NCBI GenBank assembly: GCA_020053355.1
Contig: JAGVNI010000016.1
Coordinates: 31,694-95,693 of the forward strand
Reading direction: 5' to 3'
Source of the DNA: an archaeon
Lineage (GTDB): Archaea; Micrarchaeota; Micrarchaeia; Anstonellales; Bilamarchaeaceae
DNA length: 64,000 nt
Shown: positions 27,972 through 37,735 of the stretch, one piece after another
Layout: the number at the start of each line of letters is the position of its first letter
Numbering within the stretch: the stretch's first letter is position 1
The notes under the pieces: generated by a model
What the model was told of the DNA's origin: nothing
Seen by the model: only the letters and a program-made list of their open reading frames with translations
Databases searched by the model: none
Program-made: the position numbers and the translations under genes

Positions 27972-30584
27972 ATGCCTTCGGAAGCGGAAAGTTTGTTGAA
28001 TAATAAATCCGTATCCCTCCCACTATTTCTCCTGGCATTGATATGCTTCGCTTTCGCCCTCTTCGGGTGCCTGTCGAAAACCGACATGGGTCCTTCGTTG
28101 TTCGAGCAGGAATACCGGGACAACCTGAACCGGGTGGCGATATACAACTCATCGATGAGTGGGTTATGCAGGCCTGGAAGCTGCTGGTGCATGGTCTGCA
28201 AGAACGGCACCAACATATTCGGTCCCCTCACCAACCTGATCGGCGGCTATTGCTACTATGACAAGAACTGCACGCCGGAGCAGATGGCAAGATATGCCAA
28301 CTACAACAACTCCGGCGACCCAAGCCTTTCAGTCCGGGCATTCATGATTGGCCAAGGGCCCACTTTCGGCGATTTCGGCGCTGCCAATACCCAGTGCTCG
28401 GACCGCCTGAGCATGTCCGTGCAGTGGTTGGTTGGGACGAACGAATCGCCATACCTGCGTCCCGACGCAGTCCGTTCCATGTGCTTCCTCAGCAAGGACA
28501 TAATCCCGGTCTACATCCTCTACAGCAACGGCACCAACATCAACATCACGCGCTCGCGGGAAATCGGCACGATTCTCGGCACTGAAGGCGATGACGTCTT
28601 CATGGGAAGGCTGTCCGACGGCCCGGTCGGGCCGGTCGTAGTAGTCACCGAGATGGATTTCGATAAAAGCAAGGCTGCGGAAATTGCCAACCAGGTCCGC
28701 GCAATCGACCAGGGGTGCAGGAATGATAGGGCTAACAATAAGATATTCTGCTTCATCGCAGTCGCCCCGAAGATAAACGATTTCGAGGCGCTTGACGCAG
28801 TCATGCGGGAATTAAGCGCGGACCGCGACAAGGTCGACCTTGTCGCATACGGCATCAACGGCAAATACCTCCACTCATGCGACGGGGCGAGGGCGAGGCA
28901 GCAGGCCCTGAATTTCTCCTCATACGCCCTATACAACTGGAGCAAGCCGACAATCATCCCATACGTCCTTTTCGACCCAGGGACCAACGACACGGACAAT
29001 TCGTGCACGTGGGGCGAGAACGACGTCGTCTCAGCCTACGGGGCGTTCTTCCCCTTCGGAGTCACGACATTGCAGAAGCGCGGCGTAGTGGGCATCGCGC
29101 CGTATTCTTTCAACACCTCGGGCGGCATAGGAGTCACCAACCCACTTAACTGCTCAGATTGCGGCGTGGCGAGGACTCAATCGCGCCTGCGCGCATGGTA
29201 CGGCGGCTGCCAGGCGTACACGAACGTGACCCGGCCTTCGGGCAGCAATCCGTCCGGATCCACGCTGATACTTTTCGGAAACGAATCCGGGACCACCTGC
29301 AACGTCAATACAAATTTTGATTACATGCGGGGCTTCAGTTTCGCCGGCCAGGATATCATGCAGCAGCAAGCCAATGGGCTTCGGGAGGCCGCGCCGCTCC
29401 TTTTCACATGCGACGCCTGCCTGCTCGCGAACGCAAGCCGCCCTGTCAGCGATATGTTCCCGAGCCTCCACCCCTCAACCGGCGTGCCGCCTGACCGCTA
29501 CTGCACGAGCTATCCTGAAATCAACCAGTGGGCGAGCGCCCGCAACCTCGACCCGATGCTGGTGCGGGCATTCGTGCTTACTGAAAGCGATTTCAACCCC
29601 TGCTCAGCCGCAAGGGTGTGCCGGCAGGGCTATGACGATGGCCGCTGCTTCGAACCTGGGCCCGGAAAGGACGAATGCTATGACAATGCATATGATGAGA
29701 TGTACGACCTCCCGACCGGCAACTGCACATTCGACATCGCCCCCAATTCAGGCAGCACCCAGCCGGATTGGCGCTACTGCGCCCTGGGGCTGATGCAGAC
29801 TCGTGAACCCCCATTCACTTTCTGGCCTTCAACCATGCGTTCGGACGGAATGAACGGCCCTTACTTCGACGTATTCGACCGTTCGGGCTTCCACACCCTG
29901 AATCTTAACGCTGCCAAAGGATGCAATCCCAATTTCAGTCCGTTTGCGCCTGCGGATTCGATATGCCTGGGCACGCTGACAATGGAAAACGATTTGAGGG
30001 CGGCCAGAGGCTGGATAAACTCGCACCGGGGCCAATTGAACTGGCCAGCCAGTGATATCGACAAGGATGCCCTTGCCATCGCATATGTCGCAGGCAACAT
30101 GTACGCAGGATTCTGGAACATGCCGGGAAGCGCGCGCGTCCCGTATGAAGGCCAGGAGCACCCGAGATGCTCGAGCGGCGTCTCAAACGGCGACTGCTGG
30201 GCTTATGGGTTCTCCCTTAGCTGGGCGGTGAACGAGACTTACTGCGCATCATCGGCGGGCCAGAGCGACCCCCACTGCGAGGGCGGCCACCCGAAAAAGA
30301 ATCCGCCATTCGAATGCTATGGCTATACTGATTTCATCCAGTATGTGCAGGACTGCGAAGTGCCCTTCCTGCCCCGCAAGGCAGACCCCGGAAAGGCCAA
30401 GGTCGAAGCCTTCATATATCTCAGCAACGGCTGCGCGAACAACTTCTGCCCTGATGGCAAGAAGCTTTTCCAGCTCATGGAACGCTCACTGCCTGGAAGC
30501 GGCACCCCTTACATACCCGACCTTCCGACATGCTCGACGACCTCGACAACGGGCGGCGGCGGCCTGAGCCTTGGCGGTGGATAG
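27972..30584 (+). CDS. Cys-rich predicted lipoprotein with SLT-like domain, copy 2 (tandem paralog)
   Basis: ALFGC; LDPMLVRAFVLTESDFNP, ALGLMQ, IAYVAG; collinear with copy 1. Confidence 0.75.
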   Translation: MPSEAESLLNNKSVSLPLFLLALICFAFALFGCLSKTDMGPSLFEQEYRDNLNRVAIYNSSMSGLCRPGSCWCMVCKNGTNIFGPLTNLIGGYCYYDKNCTPEQMARYANYNNSGDPSLSVRAFMIGQGPTFGDFGAANTQCSDRLSMSVQWLVGTNESPYLRPDAVRSMCFLSKDIIPVYILYSNGTNINITRSREIGTILGTEGDDVFMGRLSDGPVGPVVVVTEMDFDKSKAAEIANQVRAIDQGCRNDRANNKIFCFIAVAPKINDFEALDAVMRELSADRDKVDLVAYGINGKYLHSCDGARARQQALNFSSYALYNWSKPTIIPYVLFDPGTNDTDNSCTWGENDVVSAYGAFFPFGVTTLQKRGVVGIAPYSFNTSGGIGVTNPLNCSDCGVARTQSRLRAWYGGCQAYTNVTRPSGSNPSGSTLILFGNESGTTCNVNTNFDYMRGFSFAGQDIMQQQANGLREAAPLLFTCDACLLANASRPVSDMFPSLHPSTGVPPDRYCTSYPEINQWASARNLDPMLVRAFVLTESDFNPCSAARVCRQGYDDGRCFEPGPGKDECYDNAYDEMYDLPTGNCTFDIAPNSGSTQPDWRYCALGLMQTREPPFTFWPSTMRSDGMNGPYFDVFDRSGFHTLNLNAAKGCNPNFSPFAPADSICLGTLTMENDLRAARGWINSHRGQLNWPASDIDKDALAIAYVAGNMYAGFWNMPGSARVPYEGQEHPRCSSGVSNGDCWAYGFSLSWAVNETYCASSAGQSDPHCEGGHPKKNPPFECYGYTDFIQYVQDCEVPFLPRKADPGKAKVEAFIYLSNGCANNFCPDGKKLFQLMERSLPGSGTPYIPDLPTCSTTSTTGGGGLSLGGG

Positions 30585-30744
30585 CGGGTTTAGGGTTCCG
30601 GGTTTCCAGTTTCCTGCATCTAATGCGAGTTAATGGGGAAAAACGCGGGATTGCGAATCCGCCATTGTGTTACCTATGTCCGCGTCCAATTTGAACATTT
30701 GATATGGCTAAGGATGGCCTGAGAATTGGAAAGCATAAGAAAAA

Positions 30745-31842
30745 CTAAGACAGCCATTCCTTGCCCTTGATTTTCTTGTTGATGTACTCGCCGACGAACG
30801 TGAGCCGTTGTCCCTGCAGGGCATCCTGCTCTATCTTCTTCCTCGTTTTCAGGACCATCTTCAGTTCGCGCACCCAGTCCGCGTAGCGGTTTATCCAGGG
30901 GTACCCGAGCATTTCTTCCGCGCGCTTCACATCCACGTCCTTGGCCTTGATGGTGAGCTTGTCGAGGAAGTCGAATTCCTTGATGTCGCTCATCGTCACG
31001 CCGAGGAACTTGGATTCGGGGACCGCGAAATCCTTGCCCAGATACGCCAGGTTCATGCTGCCGGTCTTGATTGTCCAGTAGATGTACCATCCCCAGGCAT
31101 CGCAGTCCATCAGGCAGTAAATCGGGAGCTTCTTGTCGGCAAGTTTCCGGAGCAGCCTCCGTGTTCCCCTAGTGGACTGGCCTTTCGGGGTGACAAGGAG
31201 GCAGTTCTCCTTCTTCCAGAACTTGTCCTCGTTCAGCCTCTGCCAGAGCGCGTCCTTCTCCACGACCAGCACATAATCGGCATCCAGCTCCTTGATTTCC
31301 ATGCCATTGTCCACGTCGGAAGGGATGCTCCAGCCGCTTCGGCCCTGCTTGGATAGGTCGATTAGCGTATCATCGCCCCCGAACTTGTCCATGATAGTCA
31401 TCGGCCCGGCCACGAACCCTTTCCGGTCTGTCGTGAGGTTGAGGTCTTCCCGCTTAATCTTGAGGGCCACTTCCAGGTCCTCTATAAGTGCGTTTGACTC
31501 GGATTGCTCCGTGAACAGGTCCTCGTCGATGTCTTCCCCGAGGGTGAATTTCAGCTGGTAGAAAAGGCCCCTAATCGACGTGTGCAGGTTTTCCTTGAGG
31601 AACTGCCTGCTTTTCGCGGCTATTGCGACGGTCTGCATGAACGTGCGCGCCTGAGCCACGCTCAGGAACTTCCTGGTTTCCTTCTTCTCCCCGGTCCTGA
31701 GGCACCCCATCCCCTCGTCGAAAATGGTGTTGCTTTTTGTGCGCAGGACGGTCTCGAACGTGGGCCCTTCCCCTCTCTGGACCTCGTTCACCATCTGTTT
31801 CCCCATCGCCTGAAGCTTTGAATTGGCAGCGTCGCTCATCAC
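30745..31842 (-). CDS. top6A: DNA topoisomerase VI subunit A
   Basis: SIRGLFY, FTEQSES..LIEDLE, VVEKDA, KGQ, DCDAWG, KIEQDAL. Confidence 0.96.
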   Translation of the reverse strand: MMSDAANSKLQAMGKQMVNEVQRGEGPTFETVLRTKSNTIFDEGMGCLRTGEKKETRKFLSVAQARTFMQTVAIAAKSRQFLKENLHTSIRGLFYQLKFTLGEDIDEDLFTEQSESNALIEDLEVALKIKREDLNLTTDRKGFVAGPMTIMDKFGGDDTLIDLSKQGRSGWSIPSDVDNGMEIKELDADYVLVVEKDALWQRLNEDKFWKKENCLLVTPKGQSTRGTRRLLRKLADKKLPIYCLMDCDAWGWYIYWTIKTGSMNLAYLGKDFAVPESKFLGVTMSDIKEFDFLDKLTIKAKDVDVKRAEEMLGYPWINRYADWVRELKMVLKTRKKIEQDALQGQRLTFVGEYINKKIKGKEWLS

Positions 31843-33470
31843 TCTTCACCCTCTTCCTCAGGCTTCCCGTTGCCTGGCACCGCGCCCGGTTCGGGGTCCT
31901 TTTCCTCGGTCTCCTCGACCTCCATGTCCTCGCGCGCGTATTTCTCCTCGATTATTTTTGTGAGCGCCTTCTCGATTTCCGCCTTCTTTTCTCCGGTCAA
32001 CGATGCGAGGTCGCCAGAAAGCTGCTGGATGTACCTGCTCACGACCTTCTTCTTGGTGGCAATCTCATGCGCCTTCCTCTTGCCGGAAAGATATTTCTGG
32101 ACACCGCGTGAGGCCTCCATTATCGCGAACTTGATTTCGTCCATGACATCCTCTTCAAGGGACACGGCCTGCTTGCCCGCGCTGGTGTAGGGGACATGGA
32201 CGCTGACGAGGTTCACGAGGACCGCTATCGGCTCCTCCTCGAAATTCTTGACATCGTACCTCTTCCAGTCCATCGTCTTTATCGTTTCCGTGATTGCGCA
32301 GCCGCCCGAATCGAAAAGCAGGGGGACGCGGTTGGCAAACCTCATCACCTCCCCCTTCTTGCCCGCCCCGGCAACGCCGCCGCCATAGGCGATGCCCACT
32401 TCGACCATGAACGGGATGCCCCCGCGGTAAACCTTCGGGCTCCGTTCTGTGACGACCAGCACTTCCGGGTTGAAAATGTTCCGGAAAGACACTTCGACCT
32501 GCTCCTTGCCTATCGGCACGAGGGAATCCATGGCCGGGGCAATCCATTTCACTTGCGAGAAAGCCTTGACCAATGATTCGGCCTCCTCCCATGTGAGGTC
32601 CTGCGGGCTCTTGTTCAGGTCTACTGTAGGAAGGAGGGCGCGCAATTCCTCGACTTTGCCGGCGCTCACCCTTGAAAACGTTTCCTGGAGGAACGACGAG
32701 AGCCTGCGGCTCTCCCGGTTATGCCTGGCGAATTCCAGAAGGTCGTGCGTCCCGATTCCCAATGGGTGGGGCTTGATTTCCATGGGCTTGGCCGGGTTGA
32801 CGGCAACGGAGCGCGGGAACGAAGTGCTCTTGTTGTCCGGCTCGATTAGCGTTATCGCGCAGTGCGGGTTCGCGAGCGCAGTGCGCCGGAGATACTCGTA
32901 TACGCCGTAATTGCTCCGCTCATAGCGCACATCCTTGAATTCGGAAATGAATGTGAGGCCAACCTCCCCCTCGACGGCATCCACTTCTTCGATGATATCC
33001 ACAATGGGCTTGTTCTGCTTGAAATCTATGCTTATGCTGGCCGTGACCTTCTTCCCTTTGTAAACGGATACGGCCTTTGTGGGCTGGCCGGTCGTGAGGT
33101 AGGAGAACATGGTGCACGCAGCCGCCCCGATTCCCTGCTGGCCCCTCTGCTGGAGGTAGCGGTGGAACTTCGTTCCTGCCAGCATCTGGCCGAGCGCTTT
33201 TCCAAGGTGCGTCTTCGGGATGCCCGGGCCGTTGTCCTTGATTGTGAGCCTGTAATGCTCCTTCTCGCGGTCCAATTCCTCCACCTGGACGAAAATCTCA
33301 GGGAGTATGCCCGCCTCCTCGCAGGCATCCAGCGAGTTCGTGACTATCTCGTGCACGATTATGGTCATTGAGCGGACCTTTCCCGAAAATCCGAGCATCT
33401 GCCGGTTCTTCTTGAAGAACTCAGCGACCGAATGCTCCTTGAACTGCTTGAAAATGTCGTCTTCTGGCAT
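31839..33470 (-). CDS. top6B: DNA topoisomerase VI subunit B
   Basis: SVAEFFKKN, HEIVTNSLDACE, DNGPGI, RGQQGIG, RFANRVPLLF. Confidence 0.97.
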   Translation of the reverse strand: MPEDDIFKQFKEHSVAEFFKKNRQMLGFSGKVRSMTIIVHEIVTNSLDACEEAGILPEIFVQVEELDREKEHYRLTIKDNGPGIPKTHLGKALGQMLAGTKFHRYLQQRGQQGIGAAACTMFSYLTTGQPTKAVSVYKGKKVTASISIDFKQNKPIVDIIEEVDAVEGEVGLTFISEFKDVRYERSNYGVYEYLRRTALANPHCAITLIEPDNKSTSFPRSVAVNPAKPMEIKPHPLGIGTHDLLEFARHNRESRRLSSFLQETFSRVSAGKVEELRALLPTVDLNKSPQDLTWEEAESLVKAFSQVKWIAPAMDSLVPIGKEQVEVSFRNIFNPEVLVVTERSPKVYRGGIPFMVEVGIAYGGGVAGAGKKGEVMRFANRVPLLFDSGGCAITETIKTMDWKRYDVKNFEEEPIAVLVNLVSVHVPYTSAGKQAVSLEEDVMDEIKFAIMEASRGVQKYLSGKRKAHEIATKKKVVSRYIQQLSGDLASLTGEKKAEIEKALTKIIEEKYAREDMEVEETEEKDPEPGAVPGNGKPEEEGEE

Positions 33471-33561
33471 ACGAATCACTCGGCATGGGTTTCTGGCTGT
33501 GTATCGTGCCACAGCTATTAATATCTTGCCTTGACCACTGCTTGAGAGCCTGCGCAATCCC

Positions 33562-34092
33562 CTAGCTTTTCAGCCTCGACTCCATTATTTCCCGCTTGGC
33601 CTTCGCGAGGTAGCCGAGGACGCTCGTGTGGCGCGCCCCGTCTATAAGCATGCCTATCGCTTCCTTCGCGTATTCCATCGCGTCAATCCTCGCGATTATG
33701 GCAATCGTGTTCCCGTAAATGCTGACGTATGAATCCGTCGCCTCCTCAATGGAGTATTTTATCTTGCCGTTTTCCCCTATCACCCTTCCCTTGAGGCGGG
33801 TAATCGCGTTCTCCGAGCTGATTAACTCCTTAAGCGGGATGATGTACAACCCGTAATCGTTGTCAAGGAGCCTGAGCGCGGTTTCGGCCGAGAACCCCCG
33901 CCCGATTGCCTTGACGATTTCATGCACGAAATATGCTTCCGCCGGGTCGCCGACAATCTCAACCTCGCCATCCGGGTCGATTATAAGTTCGACCTTGCAC
34001 CTGCTCTCTATTTTCTTCTTTGTAGCATCATCCTTGCCCAGAAGCACCCTTACGCGCTCGGCTGGAATCCTGACAAAATCCGTCATATTCAT
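33562..34092 (-). CDS. KH-domain rRNA-processing protein (Dim2/Pno1-like)
   Basis: RIPAERV, KAIGRGF, RLKGRVIGENG, YGNTIAII, GARH. Confidence 0.92.
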   Translation of the reverse strand: MNMTDFVRIPAERVRVLLGKDDATKKKIESRCKVELIIDPDGEVEIVGDPAEAYFVHEIVKAIGRGFSAETALRLLDNDYGLYIIPLKELISSENAITRLKGRVIGENGKIKYSIEEATDSYVSIYGNTIAIIARIDAMEYAKEAIGMLIDGARHTSVLGYLAKAKREIMESRLKS

Positions 34093-34118
34093 ACCCCGAT
34101 AATAATCACAAACCGCGG

Positions 34119-34928
34119 TTATCTCTTCCCAATGTCCAGAATCTTCTGGAGGAGCTTCCGAACGCCCTCGTCAGATTCTGATGCGAGCCTTTTCTCGGCC
34201 CCCGCCCTGACCTCGCCATCCGCTGCCATCCCAACCAGGACCTCGGCTGCGGCAAGCCGCGCCTGGGCATCCCAGTGCGACAGCAGTATTATCAGCGATT
34301 TCCGGACTTCCTCATCATCCCTTATGAGCGATATCGCTTTAATAGCGTTCAGCTGGTTCTGGCCGATATCCCCCCTTGCGATAATCATGAGCTCCTTCTT
34401 CATAGCCTTTGCCAGTTCCTCGCTCTCTATCTCTGCCAGGTACTCCAGGGCCACCGCGCCTGTGCTCCTTCCGCGCACCATCGTGATGAGGCTTTCGGAC
34501 AGCGCCTTTCCGTAATTCTCCTGTGCAAGGAGCTTTTTCATCGCATGCGACACTTCAGAACGGATGCCAAGCTTCCGCTCGCAGGCTTTTTCGAGGAACT
34601 CGGCGAGCGCGTCGTTCCAGCCTCCATCCATAATCATCATGAGCGAGTATAGTGCGATGAACTTCGGCGCAAGCCCGTACCTTTCGCCCTGCTGGCTCGA
34701 AAGCACGGCTATAGCCACGCGAATCAGCGAGAACCGGTCATTGTCAAGCGTGGCCAAATCAAGGCCCGGCTTGCGTGTTGCGGCATACGCGCCCAAGACC
34801 CGCCAGAACACGTCGCGTATGTTGGTGTCCGGGGAAAGGCCGAACTTCCCGAGCCCGAGTTTCTTCTTCTCCGGAGGCGGCGCTCCGCCGCTGTCATCCC
34901 CCCCGAAGGCTTCCTTTGCCATATCCAT
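34119..34928 (-). CDS. HEAT-repeat-like hypothetical protein
   Basis: Helical repeats such as SHWDAQARLAAAEVL and SESDEGVRK. Confidence 0.65.
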   Translation of the reverse strand: MDMAKEAFGGDDSGGAPPPEKKKLGLGKFGLSPDTNIRDVFWRVLGAYAATRKPGLDLATLDNDRFSLIRVAIAVLSSQQGERYGLAPKFIALYSLMMIMDGGWNDALAEFLEKACERKLGIRSEVSHAMKKLLAQENYGKALSESLITMVRGRSTGAVALEYLAEIESEELAKAMKKELMIIARGDIGQNQLNAIKAISLIRDDEEVRKSLIILLSHWDAQARLAAAEVLVGMAADGEVRAGAEKRLASESDEGVRKLLQKILDIGKR

Positions 34929-35021
34929 ACCTTCTGCCGACGCCCCTTTGCAAAGCTAAGGTCATCGGCATAATGCATGTGTAAACATGCCTTAAAAGCA
35001 CTTCCGCCCATCGCTTCATGC

Positions 35022-36047
35022 ATGGACGCTCAGCCTTACGACGTTGTCATAGTCGGCGCGGGGCCTGGGGGTCTCTCATGCGCGGCTCATCTGGCGGGTT
35101 CCGGGTTGCGTGTTCTGGTTTTGGAAAAGAACGACCGGCTCGGGAAGAAAATCTGCTCCGGCGAAATATCCTCCAAGGTCAAGACCCCTAAGGGTTTCGA
35201 CCGCGGCCATCCGTGGACTGAAATCCACGTCGGCACCGATGATACGAAAACCGTGGTGAAGCTTCCGCGGCCCTACCTCCATACGGTCGGCCGCCCGGAA
35301 ATCGAGAACCATCTCAAATCCCAAAGCGACGCGACGGTGAATTTCTCCGAGCCTGTCACAAAAATCACCCCGGCTTACGTGGAAACGCCACAAGGCCGCT
35401 ACTCCTACCGCCACCTTGTGGGGGCCGACGGCTCTTTCTCCGCAGTCCGGGCGCACCTTGGCCTTCCGTCAAAAAACATATCTGGCTGGGCATTCCATTG
35501 CATCCTCGATAAGCCATGCACGGAATTCCAGATGTACTGGCTCCCGAAGACCCTGCCCGGCTCTTACGGCTACATGATGTCCAAAAACCGGGACAAGACC
35601 ATGGCCGGCATGGCCTGGCGGGGCGAGTTCGACCATGCCCTTGCGGCAAAGGCGAAAGAATGGGTTGGAAAAACCTTCGGCATCGACCCAACGAATCTCA
35701 AAACAGAGGCGATGCGGGGGAACGCCGATTATCGCGGCTGGGAGTTCGGCAACATCTACCTCGTAGGCGATGCGGGCGGCTTCCTGAACCCGCTGACGAC
35801 AGAAGGCATCGCATTTGCCATCCGGAGCGGCGAAGGCGTGGCAAAGCACATCATCGGGAAACCCGAAGGCCGGAAAATCATGAAACGCATGGCGGACGCG
35901 CATATCTGGCAGGTGCGGCTGTTCCACCTCTTCACGAACCCCCGCCTTCCTTTCTGCTGGGCGCTGGATTGGGTGCTGAAGAATCCGAACGGCAGGGTCA
36001 GGCGGAAACTGTTCGACTGGGTGTTCTGGAACCTGATTGACGGCTGA
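35022..36047 (+). CDS. FAD-dependent oxidoreductase, geranylgeranyl-reductase family
   Basis: DVVIVGAGPGG, LVGADG, LVGDAGGFLNPLTTEGI. Confidence 0.88.
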   Translation: MDAQPYDVVIVGAGPGGLSCAAHLAGSGLRVLVLEKNDRLGKKICSGEISSKVKTPKGFDRGHPWTEIHVGTDDTKTVVKLPRPYLHTVGRPEIENHLKSQSDATVNFSEPVTKITPAYVETPQGRYSYRHLVGADGSFSAVRAHLGLPSKNISGWAFHCILDKPCTEFQMYWLPKTLPGSYGYMMSKNRDKTMAGMAWRGEFDHALAAKAKEWVGKTFGIDPTNLKTEAMRGNADYRGWEFGNIYLVGDAGGFLNPLTTEGIAFAIRSGEGVAKHIIGKPEGRKIMKRMADAHIWQVRLFHLFTNPRLPFCWALDWVLKNPNGRVRRKLFDWVFWNLIDG

Positions 36048-36061
36048 TTAGTTCCGCGTCC

Positions 36062-36322
36062 CTATTTCCTGATTTTTTGGATTGGCGGTTCCCTCTCGCC
36101 GTGTCCTTTAGCCCTGGGGGCTATATGCCCGGGCTTTCTCGGGGTGAATCTGGTCGACAGTCCGGCTAGGTACAGCCCAATCATCTTCCGTATCTCCCGC
36201 GCAGCATCCTCTTCCCGGTCCACCTGGGTGGTGCATCCGGGGAGCTTGGGCACGGAGACGATTAATTTTCCCTCAGACTTTTCAATAGTGACCTTGAAAC
36301 CTTCCACTTCGATTTCTTTCAT
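36062..36322 (-). CDS. HicB-family antitoxin-like protein
   Basis: VTIEKSEGKLIVSVPKLPGCTTQVD.EEDAAREIRKMIGLYL. Confidence 0.8.
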   Translation of the reverse strand: MKEIEVEGFKVTIEKSEGKLIVSVPKLPGCTTQVDREEDAAREIRKMIGLYLAGLSTRFTPRKPGHIAPRAKGHGEREPPIQKIRK

Positions 36323-36339
36323 GTTAAACCACCCCTCAA

Positions 36340-37311
36340 CTAGAGCCCCAGCTCCCTCCGTTTCCCCTCGAATTCTTCCGGGTCGATGCCCGATTCCTTT
36401 ATTTTCTTCTTGAGCGTCGGCGCGCTCAGTTCCATCTGGCCCCTGTGCGCTTTCTGGATGCACATCGTGTTCCCGCCCCCATCCCGCATCAATGTGCCGT
36501 GCGTGGTTTCGCGCAATTCTTGAAAGCCCAGGGCTTTGACGACTTTCTTGAAATCATCCGGGTCCATGGGCCTGCTCTGGTACGACCTCTCTTTTTCGAT
36601 TTTTTCCGGCGCCTGCTTCGGCAATGGAATCCCGAGCTGGCGCGTTATGTCCTCGTACGTATCGATTAGGATGCCCGGCGTTTCGTCGTAGTCCGCCCAG
36701 ACTGGCAGCGGCCGCTCATTCGACTTGGCCCACCCGTCCAGGACCGCCTTTTTGTTCTCCATCGCTTCGAGTTCGGAAATGAAATCATCTTCCTTGGGGA
36801 TGAGAACCGTTTCTGGGTACCTGGCGAAGACCTTCTTCACAACTTCCTTCCCGAGCGTTGATGCGAGCACGAGCTCCACCCTGTCCCCGACCAACTTCTC
36901 CCCGAAAAGCTCCTCAGCCTTGATTACCGTGCTCTCGTCCTCTATTCCTATGGAAAGGAGGAGTTCCCTGGTCTTCTTGCTTACCAGGAGGCCGCCCTCA
37001 ATGAGATTCAGGGGGGCCTTCCTCTTCCGCTCCGTCTTCCTCCGCTGCTCTTCCCTCTGGATTATCGCATGGTGCAATGATGAGAGCCGGAGTATCATGT
37101 CCTCGGCTTTCTTGAGCGCCTCCGCGCTTGCTCCCGCCCTGGCTTTCTCAGCTTGGTATATCTTGAAAAGAAAATGGAGGTTGCTTGAAGCGGTGATTGT
37201 AGCCTCGTAACCCATTTCCGCCGCAAGCTCGGCTATCTCGTGCTGAAGTCCAGGCTCCAGCATGCCGACCTTGATTTTTTTCAATATCGGCGCATAATCC
37301 CCCGGTTCCAT
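36340..37311 (-). CDS. Hypothetical protein with C-terminal HicA-like domain
   Basis: C-terminus PMDPDDFKKVVKALGFQELRETTHG...HRGQMELSAPTLKKKIKESGIDPEEF; directly upstream of the HicB-like gene. Confidence 0.7.
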   Translation of the reverse strand: MEPGDYAPILKKIKVGMLEPGLQHEIAELAAEMGYEATITASSNLHFLFKIYQAEKARAGASAEALKKAEDMILRLSSLHHAIIQREEQRRKTERKRKAPLNLIEGGLLVSKKTRELLLSIGIEDESTVIKAEELFGEKLVGDRVELVLASTLGKEVVKKVFARYPETVLIPKEDDFISELEAMENKKAVLDGWAKSNERPLPVWADYDETPGILIDTYEDITRQLGIPLPKQAPEKIEKERSYQSRPMDPDDFKKVVKALGFQELRETTHGTLMRDGGGNTMCIQKAHRGQMELSAPTLKKKIKESGIDPEEFEGKRRELGL

Positions 37312-37336
37312 GGAATATACTTGCCCGCCACATGTT

Positions 37337-37735
37337 TTAATCATTCATTTTCATGCGCTCTATCTTCATGCATCTGTCCATGACGACATTCAAGCCGGCC
37401 TTCTGCGCTTTTTTGGCCGCCTCCCCGTTCACCACGCCAAGCTGCATCCAGATTGTTTTCGCCCCGATTGCTATCGCGTCGTCCACGACCTGCGGCACGT
37501 CCTCGTTTTTTCGGAAGATGTCCACGACATCCACATGGACGTCTTTGGGGATGGCGGCAAGGCTCGGATACGCCGTGATTCCGCGCCATTTGCTGATATT
37601 CGGATTCACCGGGATTATGGTGTAGCCGTGCCCCATGAGGTAGCTTGCGACATCGTAGCTTGGGCGCTCCGGCTTGTCCGAAAGCCCGACGACCGCTATC
37701 GTCTTTGCGCTCCGCAGAATCGTTTTGATGTCCAT
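37337..37735 (-). CDS. CoA-binding protein (YccU-like)
   Basis: TIAVVGLSDKPERPSY, IPVNP, VDIFR, WMQLG, VVMDRC. Confidence 0.93.
   Translation of the reverse strand: MDIKTILRSAKTIAVVGLSDKPERPSYDVASYLMGHGYTIIPVNPNISKWRGITAYPSLAAIPKDVHVDVVDIFRKNEDVPQVVDDAIAIGAKTIWMQLGVVNGEAAKKAQKAGLNVVMDRCMKIERMKMND

Larger units (their letters stand above)
25409..30584 (+). repeat. Tandem gene duplication (~2.6 kb unit)
   Basis: Long near-identical nucleotide blocks, e.g. aacttctgccctgatggcaagaagcttttccagctcatggaacgctcactgcctggaagcggcacccc at 27821 and 30441. Confidence 0.95.

Noticed and set aside
25409-30584. Diversity-generating retroelement (template/variable repeat)
   Set aside because: Whole-gene duplication without obvious adenine-specific differences; no reverse transcriptase in the window.
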